From IMG/VR virus record IMGVR_UViG_3300048839_001082, positions 17,523-81,522 of that record: 64,000 nucleotides of DNA; one strand, 5' to 3'. The notes under the pieces were generated by a model. The model made no database searches and was not told where the DNA came from. It saw only the letters and a list, made by a program, of their open reading frames with translations. Both the position numbers and the translations under genes were made by a program. The number at the start of each line of letters is the position of its first letter. The stretch's first letter is position 1. Positions 49,337-57,686 of the stretch are shown in pieces. This DNA is from a virus.

Positions 49337-49858
49337 ATGTTACCTTCGATAGAAAATGATAAATTTTTTCTAGAATTAATTGAAAAAGAAGAGCTATTTG
49401 TATCAAATTTAGGCGATGTCTTAGACCTAAATACTGGTAAACAAATAGGGTTTATCACAGGCGGTTATAAGAGAATTAATATGTACGGCAAGACGATGGC
49501 AGTGCATCGTTTAGTTTATTTAGTACATATTTCTGAAAACATACCTGAATTTCTAGCAATTGATCATTTAGATGGGAATAAGCTCAATAACAAGGTTGAA
49601 AATTTAGAAGCGGTCTCATATTCTGAAAATAATAAAAGAGCTGTTTCAAAAGGTCTGCACAAAATCGATATAGCGCGTTTAAAAGAAATTTCAAAAGGGT
49701 CTAAAAATGGAATGGCTAAATTGAATTGTGAAGAAGTAAAAGAAATACGCGCATTACGTGAAAAAGGATTTAAGGTAAAAGATATTGCAGAATTGTATCA
49801 TGTGTTGCCAAAAGCAATTTCACAATTGCTCAATGGCGTGACATATAAAGACTGTTAA
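49337..49858 (+). CDS. Free-standing HNH homing endonuclease with C-terminal HTH
   Basis: VSNLG, VHRLV, IDHLDGNKLNN...NLE....EN, then KNGMAKL...IAELY HTH. Confidence 0.88.
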   Translation: MLPSIENDKFFLELIEKEELFVSNLGDVLDLNTGKQIGFITGGYKRINMYGKTMAVHRLVYLVHISENIPEFLAIDHLDGNKLNNKVENLEAVSYSENNKRAVSKGLHKIDIARLKEISKGSKNGMAKLNCEEVKEIRALREKGFKVKDIAELYHVLPKAISQLLNGVTYKDC

Positions 49859-49863
49859 ATTCA

Positions 49864-49948
49864 GGCCGTGTGGCGAAATTGCTAAACGCAGTAGATTTAA
49901 AATCTACCACCGAAAGGTTTACGGGTTGGAGTCCCGTCACGGCCACCA
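49864..49948 (+). tRNA. tRNA-Leu(TAA) with reversed C19:G56 elbow pair
   Basis: GGCCGTG/CACGGCC acceptor, TT-TAA-AA loop, variable arm, A73 and CCA; D-loop has GC and T-loop TTGGAGT. Confidence 0.88.
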
Positions 49949-49956
49949 TTTCTATT

Positions 49957-49992
49957 GCGGTCATACCGGTTCGATTCCGGTACCCCGCACCA
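49957..49992 (+). pseudogene. 3' fragment of the broken tRNA-Leu
   Basis: ACCGG-TTCGATT-CCGGT-ACCCCGC-A-CCA. Confidence 0.82.
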
Positions 49993-50000
49993 TAAACATA

Positions 50001-50213
50001 ATGAAAATCAAATTTCCAATTTTAGATAAGAATTTTAACTTCTTGGGACATGTAGATGCCATCACTCCTGAAGAAGCATTGATGAAAGCTAAGAAGAAGT
50101 TTCATGAACCGGCAATGATGGTTGATCTTCTGGCGGTACCTCAGGGTAAATATATAATGTACTCAAAACTTCAAACTGTTGAAAGGTGGTCTGAATATGG
50201 TGTCACGCATTGA
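50001..50213 (+). CDS. Hypothetical protein
   Basis: ATG just after the tRNA fragment. Confidence 0.5.
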   Translation: MKIKFPILDKNFNFLGHVDAITPEEALMKAKKKFHEPAMMVDLLAVPQGKYIMYSKLQTVERWSEYGVTH

Positions 50214-50448
50214 TCGAAGAGAATATTATGAATATGTATTTTGGTATCAGGGTCGCCCTGAAGGTAATTGGGAAACTTTAGAAGAATTTACTGCATGCCC
50301 TCGTTATGAGTTGACTAAAGCCTTTTCTAATTTTGACAATAAACAAGAATTGATTTTTGATTATGAGGATAGTGAGACTTGCAAAAGAGCTGTTGAAGAA
50401 CACAATATGAGGCTCTATAGAAGAATTCCTTTCGTCATAAAGGATTGA
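50197..50448 (+). CDS. Hypothetical protein
   Basis: AGGTGG RBS. Confidence 0.5.
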   Translation: MVSRIDRREYYEYVFWYQGRPEGNWETLEEFTACPRYELTKAFSNFDNKQELIFDYEDSETCKRAVEEHNMRLYRRIPFVIKD

Positions 50449-50449
50449 T

Positions 50450-51127
50450 ATGTTGTTATACTCAGCTGATAAATTGGTGAAGCAGTCATGTTCTCAAATG
50501 AATTATTTGGATTGGCAAAGAAACCCTTCAGATGGCAACGTAATGACAGATTGGGATCAATTCAAAGGATCCACTGAAAGCCAACTCAAAGGAAATGAAT
50601 TCGCTGAGGAAGCCTCTAAATCTGATTACAAAGAGATGAGAGGTAGTTTCATTTTTGACTCTAAGACTTTGGGTGACACAATTCAAATCAATTATTGCTT
50701 TGATGAAGTTCGTTCCTTGCCTTCCAAAAACATTGTGATTGAACATAAGAGCGTCATATTGCGAGATGATGAGGATGTCACCACGAAAGAGTATTTAACT
50801 GATTGTGTTACTCAAGTCGGATTTTACAAAGCACTTCATGAGTTTTCAAACAAACAATATCGAACAGCTCGATTTTATGAAGAAGCGGGATGGCCTGTTC
50901 ATACATTAAATCTTTCATTCAAACCAATTGAATTTCTTCTTCATATTGGTGATAAATGGTATAAAATAAATACTAAAGATCCTTCTGAGATTCTTCGGTA
51001 TTACATCACTAAAATCAAAGCTTCAAAAGATTTTCAGAAATCGAGGGCATTTGATCTCAAATATCATAATAAATCTTGGAATTATTTTAAGAAGTTTATC
51101 ACTCGACGTGTAACTAAGGCGCTTTAA
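50450..51127 (+). CDS. Putative PD-(D/E)XK nuclease
   Basis: CFDEV...VIEHKS...TQVGFY resembles the D...ExK...QxxxY of RecB/Cas4-like nucleases. Confidence 0.5.
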   Translation: MLLYSADKLVKQSCSQMNYLDWQRNPSDGNVMTDWDQFKGSTESQLKGNEFAEEASKSDYKEMRGSFIFDSKTLGDTIQINYCFDEVRSLPSKNIVIEHKSVILRDDEDVTTKEYLTDCVTQVGFYKALHEFSNKQYRTARFYEEAGWPVHTLNLSFKPIEFLLHIGDKWYKINTKDPSEILRYYITKIKASKDFQKSRAFDLKYHNKSWNYFKKFITRRVTKAL

Positions 51128-51316
51128 TGAACTATACTTCTGACATCGTCAAAGAACAACAACTGAGGTTCGATCATTCACCCAAGATGAGGCAATTATT
51201 GAGGCATGAACTCATTTGTGAGAATCCTGATTCATCAACATTGAAGAGATATAAACTGGTGTTTCATTATGATGATGGAACCAAAATTGAGACTGATTAC
51301 AATGGCAGAATGATCA

Positions 51317-51748
51317 ATGGAAACACTCAAGCTTGAGAATGGTAAATATGAGCTTCGATATGATTCAAAAGAGCACACTCTGAAGGCATATCGACATGGC
51401 GAAATGTGGCAGGACTTCACCGGTAATAAATTCATTTATTTGTTGTTTATCAAAGCAATGGAATCTGATTATTATACTTCCAATTTCTTTCAGCAACCTT
51501 ATCAACTATCGGAGAAGGACATTAAGCTTCGAGAATTTGCTGAGAGATATAGTAAAGAAACTGAAGCATACGATCGAATGGTTTGTACCGGGCCAATTAT
51601 TGAAGGTTCAATTCGACCCATGAATGCTCGAGAAACAGCATTGATTTCAAGGAATGCTTCAAGGGCCTTTAATGAGATTGCTCATATGGCGATTCAATAC
51701 GGAATAACTGGGAAAGAACTCAGAAGCGAAATACTTTCAATCCCATAA
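51317..51748 (+). CDS. Hypothetical protein
   Basis: LKAYRHGEMWQDFTGNKFIY motif; last gene before the terminator. Confidence 0.6.
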   Translation: METLKLENGKYELRYDSKEHTLKAYRHGEMWQDFTGNKFIYLLFIKAMESDYYTSNFFQQPYQLSEKDIKLREFAERYSKETEAYDRMVCTGPIIEGSIRPMNARETALISRNASRAFNEIAHMAIQYGITGKELRSEILSIP

Positions 51749-51752
51749 TCAC

Positions 51753-51806
51753 ACCCTCCCCGGCTCACCTTAATTGGTGGGTTGGGGGGGGGTATAATTT
51801 TTTTTT
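51753..51806 (+). terminator. Strong intrinsic terminator
   Basis: Long GC-rich stem accctccccggctcacc/ggtgggttggggggggg plus T run. Confidence 0.75.
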
Positions 51807-51809
51807 GAT

Positions 51810-52330
51810 TTTATTATACATAAATAAAGAATGAAATTTTCAATTTATCGATCCTTCAGGGACCAAAAAGGGAAAATTCGGAGTTTCAATCTTTGTGTGA
51901 GTTGAGATTGAAAAGCTGTTAACTAAATGAAAGAGGTGCTTTGAGAAAGACACTCATCAGAATATCAAGAATAATGATTAACGATTAATGATACGTCTTT
52001 AATGACATTAGAGCACTCGAGCGAGAAGGTGAAATGAGACGTCATTAGTATAGATAATCGTTAATCTTATCGAACTCAATGGACGTGTTTAGAAGAACGT
52101 CCATAATAAGAACGTCCTATAAAGACGTGAGCGACACACGTCAGGTGCTATGCCTGGATCGCTCAGAGATCATTAAAGATGTATAAGTAGATAATAGCTA
52201 ACCTAAAAGATTATTAGTTAATTAGCGATACTCTATACTCTCTAAGAACGTTCTTAAAGATTATTATGGATTACACTCGGTGATGTACTTATGTCACTGA
52301 AAATTGGGTCGATTTTGGGCAGTTATTTGA
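51810..52330. other. Non-coding region with inverted and short direct repeats upstream of terminase (candidate origin or packaging region)
   Basis: gattaacgatta/taatcgttaatc inverted repeat, repeated agaacgtcc, palindrome taagaacgttctta. Confidence 0.45.
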
Positions 52331-52345
52331 TTTTAAAGGAGAAAA

Positions 52346-52849
52346 ATGGAACATCAAGATGATGTTTTTAATGTCATAGATGTGTATGAAAACAAGGAGT
52401 ACATAGTTCCAACCCCTAAACCTAGTGCTCCTGATTTTCCTGTGACCAACCAACCACAATACACGAATGCAGGGCGAACTATTAATAGGGCTCCATCACC
52501 GAAGTCAGTAAGACGTTTGGAGATGTTAAATTTTGACCCTATCACTAAATTAGTGGAAAGGCATTCAGCTTTAACTAAAGAATTAGAATATCAGGAAAAG
52601 AGAAGGAAAAATGAGATTGTGGAACTAACAGGTTCCGGTAAGGCCAGAGCCTTTATGATGGACCATCTATTGATGATTCATAGTCAACTCTTCACAATCG
52701 AAAAAGAATTACTTCGTTATGGTTATGGTCGTGTACCTGAACAAGGGATGGTCGAAAATACCAGGACTGCTCCGTTAGTCATTAATTTGACTAAGAAAGG
52801 GGAACAATATATCGTGAATGATTATGGTCCTTCTTCGGGGGAAGAATGA
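52346..52849 (+). CDS. Putative terminase small subunit
   Basis: AAGGAG RBS; LNFDPI..LV and KELLRYGY helical pattern; upstream of TerL. Confidence 0.55.
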   Translation: MEHQDDVFNVIDVYENKEYIVPTPKPSAPDFPVTNQPQYTNAGRTINRAPSPKSVRRLEMLNFDPITKLVERHSALTKELEYQEKRRKNEIVELTGSGKARAFMMDHLLMIHSQLFTIEKELLRYGYGRVPEQGMVENTRTAPLVINLTKKGEQYIVNDYGPSSGEE

Positions 52850-53091
52850 GTATTTCGATAGGTATTAAAATCTTTAAAATTATGTTAAGAGAGCCTTCTA
52901 CTGAAGTAGATCTAATTGATGAGACTGGTGCTTCAAGACATGCAATATCCGCTTGGATTAAAGAAATGTCTAATCAAAATTTAATTGTGTTGTGTGGTGA
53001 ACGAAAGCTGGGCGACAAGACTGTTTCTGTATGGAAACTAAATGATGCTCTTAAAGTATGTTGGATGGACATTAAATCATTGGCCAAATGA
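52846..53091 (+). CDS. Winged-helix DNA-binding protein
   Basis: TEVDLIDETGASRHAISAWIKEM..QNLIV HTH plus wing. Confidence 0.55.
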   Translation: MSISIGIKIFKIMLREPSTEVDLIDETGASRHAISAWIKEMSNQNLIVLCGERKLGDKTVSVWKLNDALKVCWMDIKSLAK

Positions 53092-54431
53092 TAAATCTAC
53101 ATGAAGGCCAATCAGAAGTATATGAAGACTTGTTCATAAAACGATTGTGTGATTATTCTGTTGTTAATTGCTCACGTGGATGGGGTAAGTCTTATTTAGC
53201 CGGCACAGCGGCAATGACAGGTATATTTGAACTCTTAGAGTTAGCTGATAATGTGCCTAATAAATTTGTGTATATAATTGCTCCCACATATGATCAAGTT
53301 ACTGACATTTATTATCCTTTATTAAACTTCGACCTTGGCCTTGAAAGATATGCCATCAGCAGCTCTCGAGATCTTGGCAGGTTTATCTTTCCGGGTAATG
53401 TCGAATTAAGGCTGTTGTCTTATGAAGCTGTAGAGCGCATGCGCGGTAAAGGTGCATACTTAGTCATATGGGATGAAATCTCATCGTGTAAGAAAGGGAT
53501 TAGCCCGAAAGAAGCTTGGAACTCAGTTATTAAGCCTTGTATTAATACTCGATGGTCAGCCAAAAGAGCGCGTATCTATGGTGCTAAGAATCCGGGTAGA
53601 GCATTGTTCATTGGAACACCCAAAGGTTTTAATTTCTTTTATGATGCTTACAACTATCGAGAAGTAGATACCCAGTGGCGTTCTTACACATTCGATTATA
53701 AAACATCACCCCTATTAGATCCTGAAGAAATCGATCGCAATCGTTCAATGATGGATCCGATTGAATTCGCTTCTGAATATCTTGCATCCTTTAAAGAGTC
53801 AGGTAATTCTGTGTTCTATTGTTTCGACAGAAGTAAACACGTCAGAAAGGATTTGCCTTACTTCGAACCTGCGAGAGATGGTGATATGGGTGAAGATGTT
53901 CATTTGACTATTGACTTTAACGTGGGTCTTCAGTGCACTGGAGCATTTGCTCTCAGAGGACATCAGATGCACTTCTTAGATGAGTTCAAAGGACATCCAG
54001 ACACTGAGACCTTAGCGCAAGTTCTCAAACAGAAATATAAAGGACATAAGTTGTATGCCTATCCTGATCCTTCAGGGCGTGCTCGTAAAGCTTCTGCTCC
54101 TGTGGGTCGTACTGACTTTAGCATCTTGGCTGCAGCGGGTATTAATTGTCTAGCTCGAAACAAAGCACCTCCGATTGTTGATAGTGTTCAAGCAGTGAAC
54201 AGAAAGTTATTGACAGCCAAGGGTGATATAAACATGTTCTTCAGTCCTAATGTGCCTGGAATAGTCACTTCAATGGAGAGAACTAAATGGGTGGATAACA
54301 ATCCTGATATCGCAGTTATTGATAAGTCTGAAAGTATCGAACACTATTCTGACGGTATCAGATACGGTACTGAGTTTTTATTCCCTGTGGAGGCCGGTGT
54401 TCGCAAGACGGCCAGAGGCTTTAATTTCTGA
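53088..54431 (+). CDS. terL: Terminase large subunit
   Basis: LHEGQ, Walker A SRGWGKS, IAPTYDQ, Walker B IWDE, IGTPKG, nuclease IDFNV and HYSDG. Confidence 0.95.
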   Translation: MINLHEGQSEVYEDLFIKRLCDYSVVNCSRGWGKSYLAGTAAMTGIFELLELADNVPNKFVYIIAPTYDQVTDIYYPLLNFDLGLERYAISSSRDLGRFIFPGNVELRLLSYEAVERMRGKGAYLVIWDEISSCKKGISPKEAWNSVIKPCINTRWSAKRARIYGAKNPGRALFIGTPKGFNFFYDAYNYREVDTQWRSYTFDYKTSPLLDPEEIDRNRSMMDPIEFASEYLASFKESGNSVFYCFDRSKHVRKDLPYFEPARDGDMGEDVHLTIDFNVGLQCTGAFALRGHQMHFLDEFKGHPDTETLAQVLKQKYKGHKLYAYPDPSGRARKASAPVGRTDFSILAAAGINCLARNKAPPIVDSVQAVNRKLLTAKGDINMFFSPNVPGIVTSMERTKWVDNNPDIAVIDKSESIEHYSDGIRYGTEFLFPVEAGVRKTARGFNF

Positions 54432-54439
54432 GGATCATA

Positions 54440-54676
54440 ATGAAAATAAGCGCAATATTCGGTAGTCTCTATTATCGTCCGGATTATTATCGTTTTAAGG
54501 TAAGACTGAACGGCGATTTTAAAGATCACGTATTCTTCGCCGATGAAGAAGCCGGTTATGTTGAAGTGTATAGAACCCATAAAGGGGGTGTTGTCACGAT
54601 CAACGACAGGCCGCTCGTCGACAGATTGTTCGGTCAGGTCCAAATTGAAGAGGAAGGAAATCTCCTTCTACTTTGA
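54440..54676 (+). CDS. Hypothetical protein
   Basis: GAGGA RBS; ADEEAGYV motif. Confidence 0.55.
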   Translation: MKISAIFGSLYYRPDYYRFKVRLNGDFKDHVFFADEEAGYVEVYRTHKGGVVTINDRPLVDRLFGQVQIEEEGNLLLL

Positions 54677-54712
54677 AGCCTCGAGTTTTGAAGTTTAAAC
54701 TTCGAGGATTTA

Positions 54713-55006
54713 ATGAATGATGAGCAAGTACACAAAATCGAGAAAGATATTGAAGCGCTGCATGAAGCTATTTCTCGATTAACAATCGCAGTGAATGCAC
54801 TTTCGGGTAATCTAAAGAGTATCACGAAAGAAGCCGCTCACGAATTGAGAGACGATAAAGAATTTGTCGGTCCTGCGTGGAGAAGCGGTGCGGATCATAT
54901 GCTGGATCATTGGTTGACGAAATCGGGAAGAAGTATCGTCAAATGGCTATTGGGCATAGCCCTAGCCGCCGGTTTGGTATTGGCCGGTAAGTTGGGGGTA
55001 TTATAG
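54713..55006 (+). CDS. Coiled-coil protein with C-terminal membrane helix
   Basis: GAGGA RBS; hydrophobic C-terminus. Confidence 0.55.
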   Translation: MNDEQVHKIEKDIEALHEAISRLTIAVNALSGNLKSITKEAAHELRDDKEFVGPAWRSGADHMLDHWLTKSGRSIVKWLLGIALAAGLVLAGKLGVL

Positions 55007-55436
55007 TGAAACAGTTTAAATCTTATATATCGCCAGTAATCGTGGGTCTTTCATTGGGTTGGTTATTAGATCCCGGCATCATTCGGGAAAAGCTTTATGA
55101 CTTTCATGATTGGCTAAATCCAGTGGCCGAAACATATGCGACGTCTGTGCCTTCCCTGATCGTTCTCTTCGATTTCTGATGTACGGCACCAAATTCCGGG
55201 ATTGTGAGTTAGAGTCTGTTTTGGCGTATGACGTTAATGCAATACCTATTGAACGTATTCGATTAACGGTCACTCGTGTCGACGGCTCTCACAGCACTCA
55301 GCACGATATTGGACCTTTTAAAGGAACTATCCCATGGATCATAACACCACCAGCTCTCGGCAAATTAGAATTATATTCACGCCACATGTGCGATGATCGC
55401 CATGTGATCACCCCGATAATAATTAAATAGGACATT

Positions 55437-56018
55437 ATGGCCAGATCAAAATTGACCTCCACCACAGACGATCTGGTCAGTGATGGAGGTAGCGTACTCT
55501 TTTCTTTTGTTCAGGGTGAACAGTTAGAACATCCAATAACACTGAACTTTATTGATGATGCTAATAATTATGAATATGAAGCTGTTATTGTTGAAGCTTT
55601 GAATGTAGCTGATCAAACATCTAATCCTTTGTTGATAAAAGTGGGCGGTGTCCAAACCACACTTTATGTACGGGTTCCTTTGTACAGGGGTGCGTGGTCA
55701 TCTGTAGCTGCATATAATGCTGGCGAACTTATTTTGTATCAGAACATATACTACATACTTCTTGATGGAAGTAATAGAACAAATAGCACACTCCCCACTT
55801 CCGATCCGTATTGGCAAGTCACCACAAAGAATAAAGTATATGTTCAGTTTCCCAAAACAATGAGCTTAAATTGGGAAATACAGCCCAAGGTTAATTACTC
55901 AGTCTATGGATTTTTTGAATTGCGTGTGACTGAACTATCAGGCGTGTTTCCCCGGACATGGAAGCCCGTTCGAGGTCTCGTTGAGGTTCTCTTCAGCCCA
56001 ACTGAATTGGTGGTCTAA
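55437..56018 (+). CDS. Virion structural protein with carbohydrate-binding-like insert
   Basis: YRGAWSSVAAYNAGELILY...PYWQ motif; late-region context. Confidence 0.55.
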   Translation: MARSKLTSTTDDLVSDGGSVLFSFVQGEQLEHPITLNFIDDANNYEYEAVIVEALNVADQTSNPLLIKVGGVQTTLYVRVPLYRGAWSSVAAYNAGELILYQNIYYILLDGSNRTNSTLPTSDPYWQVTTKNKVYVQFPKTMSLNWEIQPKVNYSVYGFFELRVTELSGVFPRTWKPVRGLVEVLFSPTELVV

Positions 56019-57205
56019 TGACCAAGGTAGTCAACATCACTTTAAAAGATGTTGAAGCCAACCTATCGGTGTCCGAAACAATATCGAATGTCGATAATGA
56101 TCATACGGTCATTCCGAGAACGCCTAAAGGATATGATACAGCCTTCGAGCTAAAATCTACATTATCCTCTTCGCGTTTCGATAGCTTGGTGGTCAATACA
56201 CCACGACAGATTCGTTTGCCCGGCTGGTCCAAATTAATACAGGAATATGTTACCTCGATTGATTTATTGGATATTCCGGGCTTTGAAAGTCAACAAGACT
56301 ACTTTCTTGAAGACTACGTTGATCTTTCTTATATTCAAGCCACGGGAGGTCAAGCAGCTCCTGATGAAGCTTCCGGTATTTTTGAAACGTTTTCAACTAG
56401 TTTTTCAAAAGTTCTTTCTGAATCGATTAATATCTTCGAAAATCTGGAGAAACCAAGTTCAAGCGAACAATCTGAACACAGCAGTATTACAGAATCTTAT
56501 CAAATAGCCTTTGATAAGACGCTCAATGAATCAGTCGAAGCTTCAGAAACACTATCGTATGCACTGGGCATAAACTTCTCAGAGAGTAGTATAGTAATTG
56601 ATTCTGATTATTCAGCGAACACGGACATATTGTCCAATTCTTTAGAATTGAACAACACCTCTGAAGTTGTTTCAGGACACCTCCAAAGCTATTGGGCAGA
56701 TTTTGTTGAACTTGATTATGTTGGTAGTACTTTCGTAATAGTCTCTAGTTTCTTAATACCCAATTTCTTAAATGAAACTAGCTCGATATATGAAACATTG
56801 CTCTTTGAATCAGGTATATTCCCGAATGAAACCAGTTCAGCATCAGAAACGTTACTATTCGAAACAGGAACTTTCTCAGAAGAGTCTAATTCCATAAGTG
56901 AATCGTTAATATTCGAATTTCAGTTCGGTGTTCTTCCGGATGAAGTCGGTACATTGCATGAGAATTTGTTATTTGAAACCGGTCTCTTCCCAAGTGAGGT
57001 TAGTACTGCGCATGAAGTATTATTATTTGAAAGAGGAATTTCTTTAGATGAAGTCGGTACGGTACATGAAGTCTTGTTATTTGAAAGAGGAATCTTCCCA
57101 AGTGAGTCGGGAAATGCTTTTGAAAATATTTCTCTTCATAAGCAAAGCTATATACTGACCGATGCATGGAATCAGAGTTACACTGGAACAACACAATCAA
57201 TTTAA
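56018..57205 (+). CDS. Acidic Ser/Glu-rich repeat virion protein
   Basis: About six 18-aa repeats ExLLFExGxxPxE at 56792-57121. Confidence 0.6.
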   Translation: MTKVVNITLKDVEANLSVSETISNVDNDHTVIPRTPKGYDTAFELKSTLSSSRFDSLVVNTPRQIRLPGWSKLIQEYVTSIDLLDIPGFESQQDYFLEDYVDLSYIQATGGQAAPDEASGIFETFSTSFSKVLSESINIFENLEKPSSSEQSEHSSITESYQIAFDKTLNESVEASETLSYALGINFSESSIVIDSDYSANTDILSNSLELNNTSEVVSGHLQSYWADFVELDYVGSTFVIVSSFLIPNFLNETSSIYETLLFESGIFPNETSSASETLLFETGTFSEESNSISESLIFEFQFGVLPDEVGTLHENLLFETGLFPSEVSTAHEVLLFERGISLDEVGTVHEVLLFERGIFPSESGNAFENISLHKQSYILTDAWNQSYTGTTQSI

Positions 57206-57213
57206 GGGGAAAT

Positions 57214-57684
57214 ATGCAGGACACTGCCGTTAATGCTGTTGGCGACGTACACATTCTGTTAGATGACGGAATGGGTGATGTGCGTAACTATCATTTTAAA
57301 AATCTCGTTGTCACTTTAGGTCTTCAGTTCATTGCCCAATCACTCATTAAAACTACCAATAGTCCTGTGGCAATGACCCATATGGGTATTGGTAGCGATG
57401 CCACTGCTGCGGCCACTGCACAAAGTGCCCTATTGAATCAATTAATCCGCAAATCACTTACTAGTGCAACCAATGTGGCCGGTACTTTGGGCAATGATAC
57501 TGTTCAATATCAGGCAACATTCGCTCCCGGTGAAGGCACAAGCACACAAGTTCAAGAAGCTGGTCTTTTCAATGCAAGTACTGCGGGTACAATGCTCTCT
57601 CGGGTTGTGTTCGGCGCAATCAATAAGCAAGCAGCTGACTCAATGACGATCACTTGGAAGATTCGCTTCGCGGCTGGGGTTTAA
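57214..57684 (+). CDS. Virion structural protein (fibre base-like)
   Basis: KNLVVT.G, HMGIG, EAGLFNASTAGTMLSR, INK...DSMTITW. Confidence 0.7.
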   Translation: MQDTAVNAVGDVHILLDDGMGDVRNYHFKNLVVTLGLQFIAQSLIKTTNSPVAMTHMGIGSDATAAATAQSALLNQLIRKSLTSATNVAGTLGNDTVQYQATFAPGEGTSTQVQEAGLFNASTAGTMLSRVVFGAINKQAADSMTITWKIRFAAGV

Positions 57685-57686
57685 CT

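Noticed and set aside
49325-49956. Insertion in tRNA-Leu as a group I or II intron
   Set aside because: The space is filled by the HNH ORF and the nested tRNA; no ribozyme core or anticodon loop remains.
56792-57121. CRISPR array or DGR repeats (also 63869-64000)
   Set aside because: In-frame coding tandem repeats with no unique spacers; no cas or reverse transcriptase gene seen.
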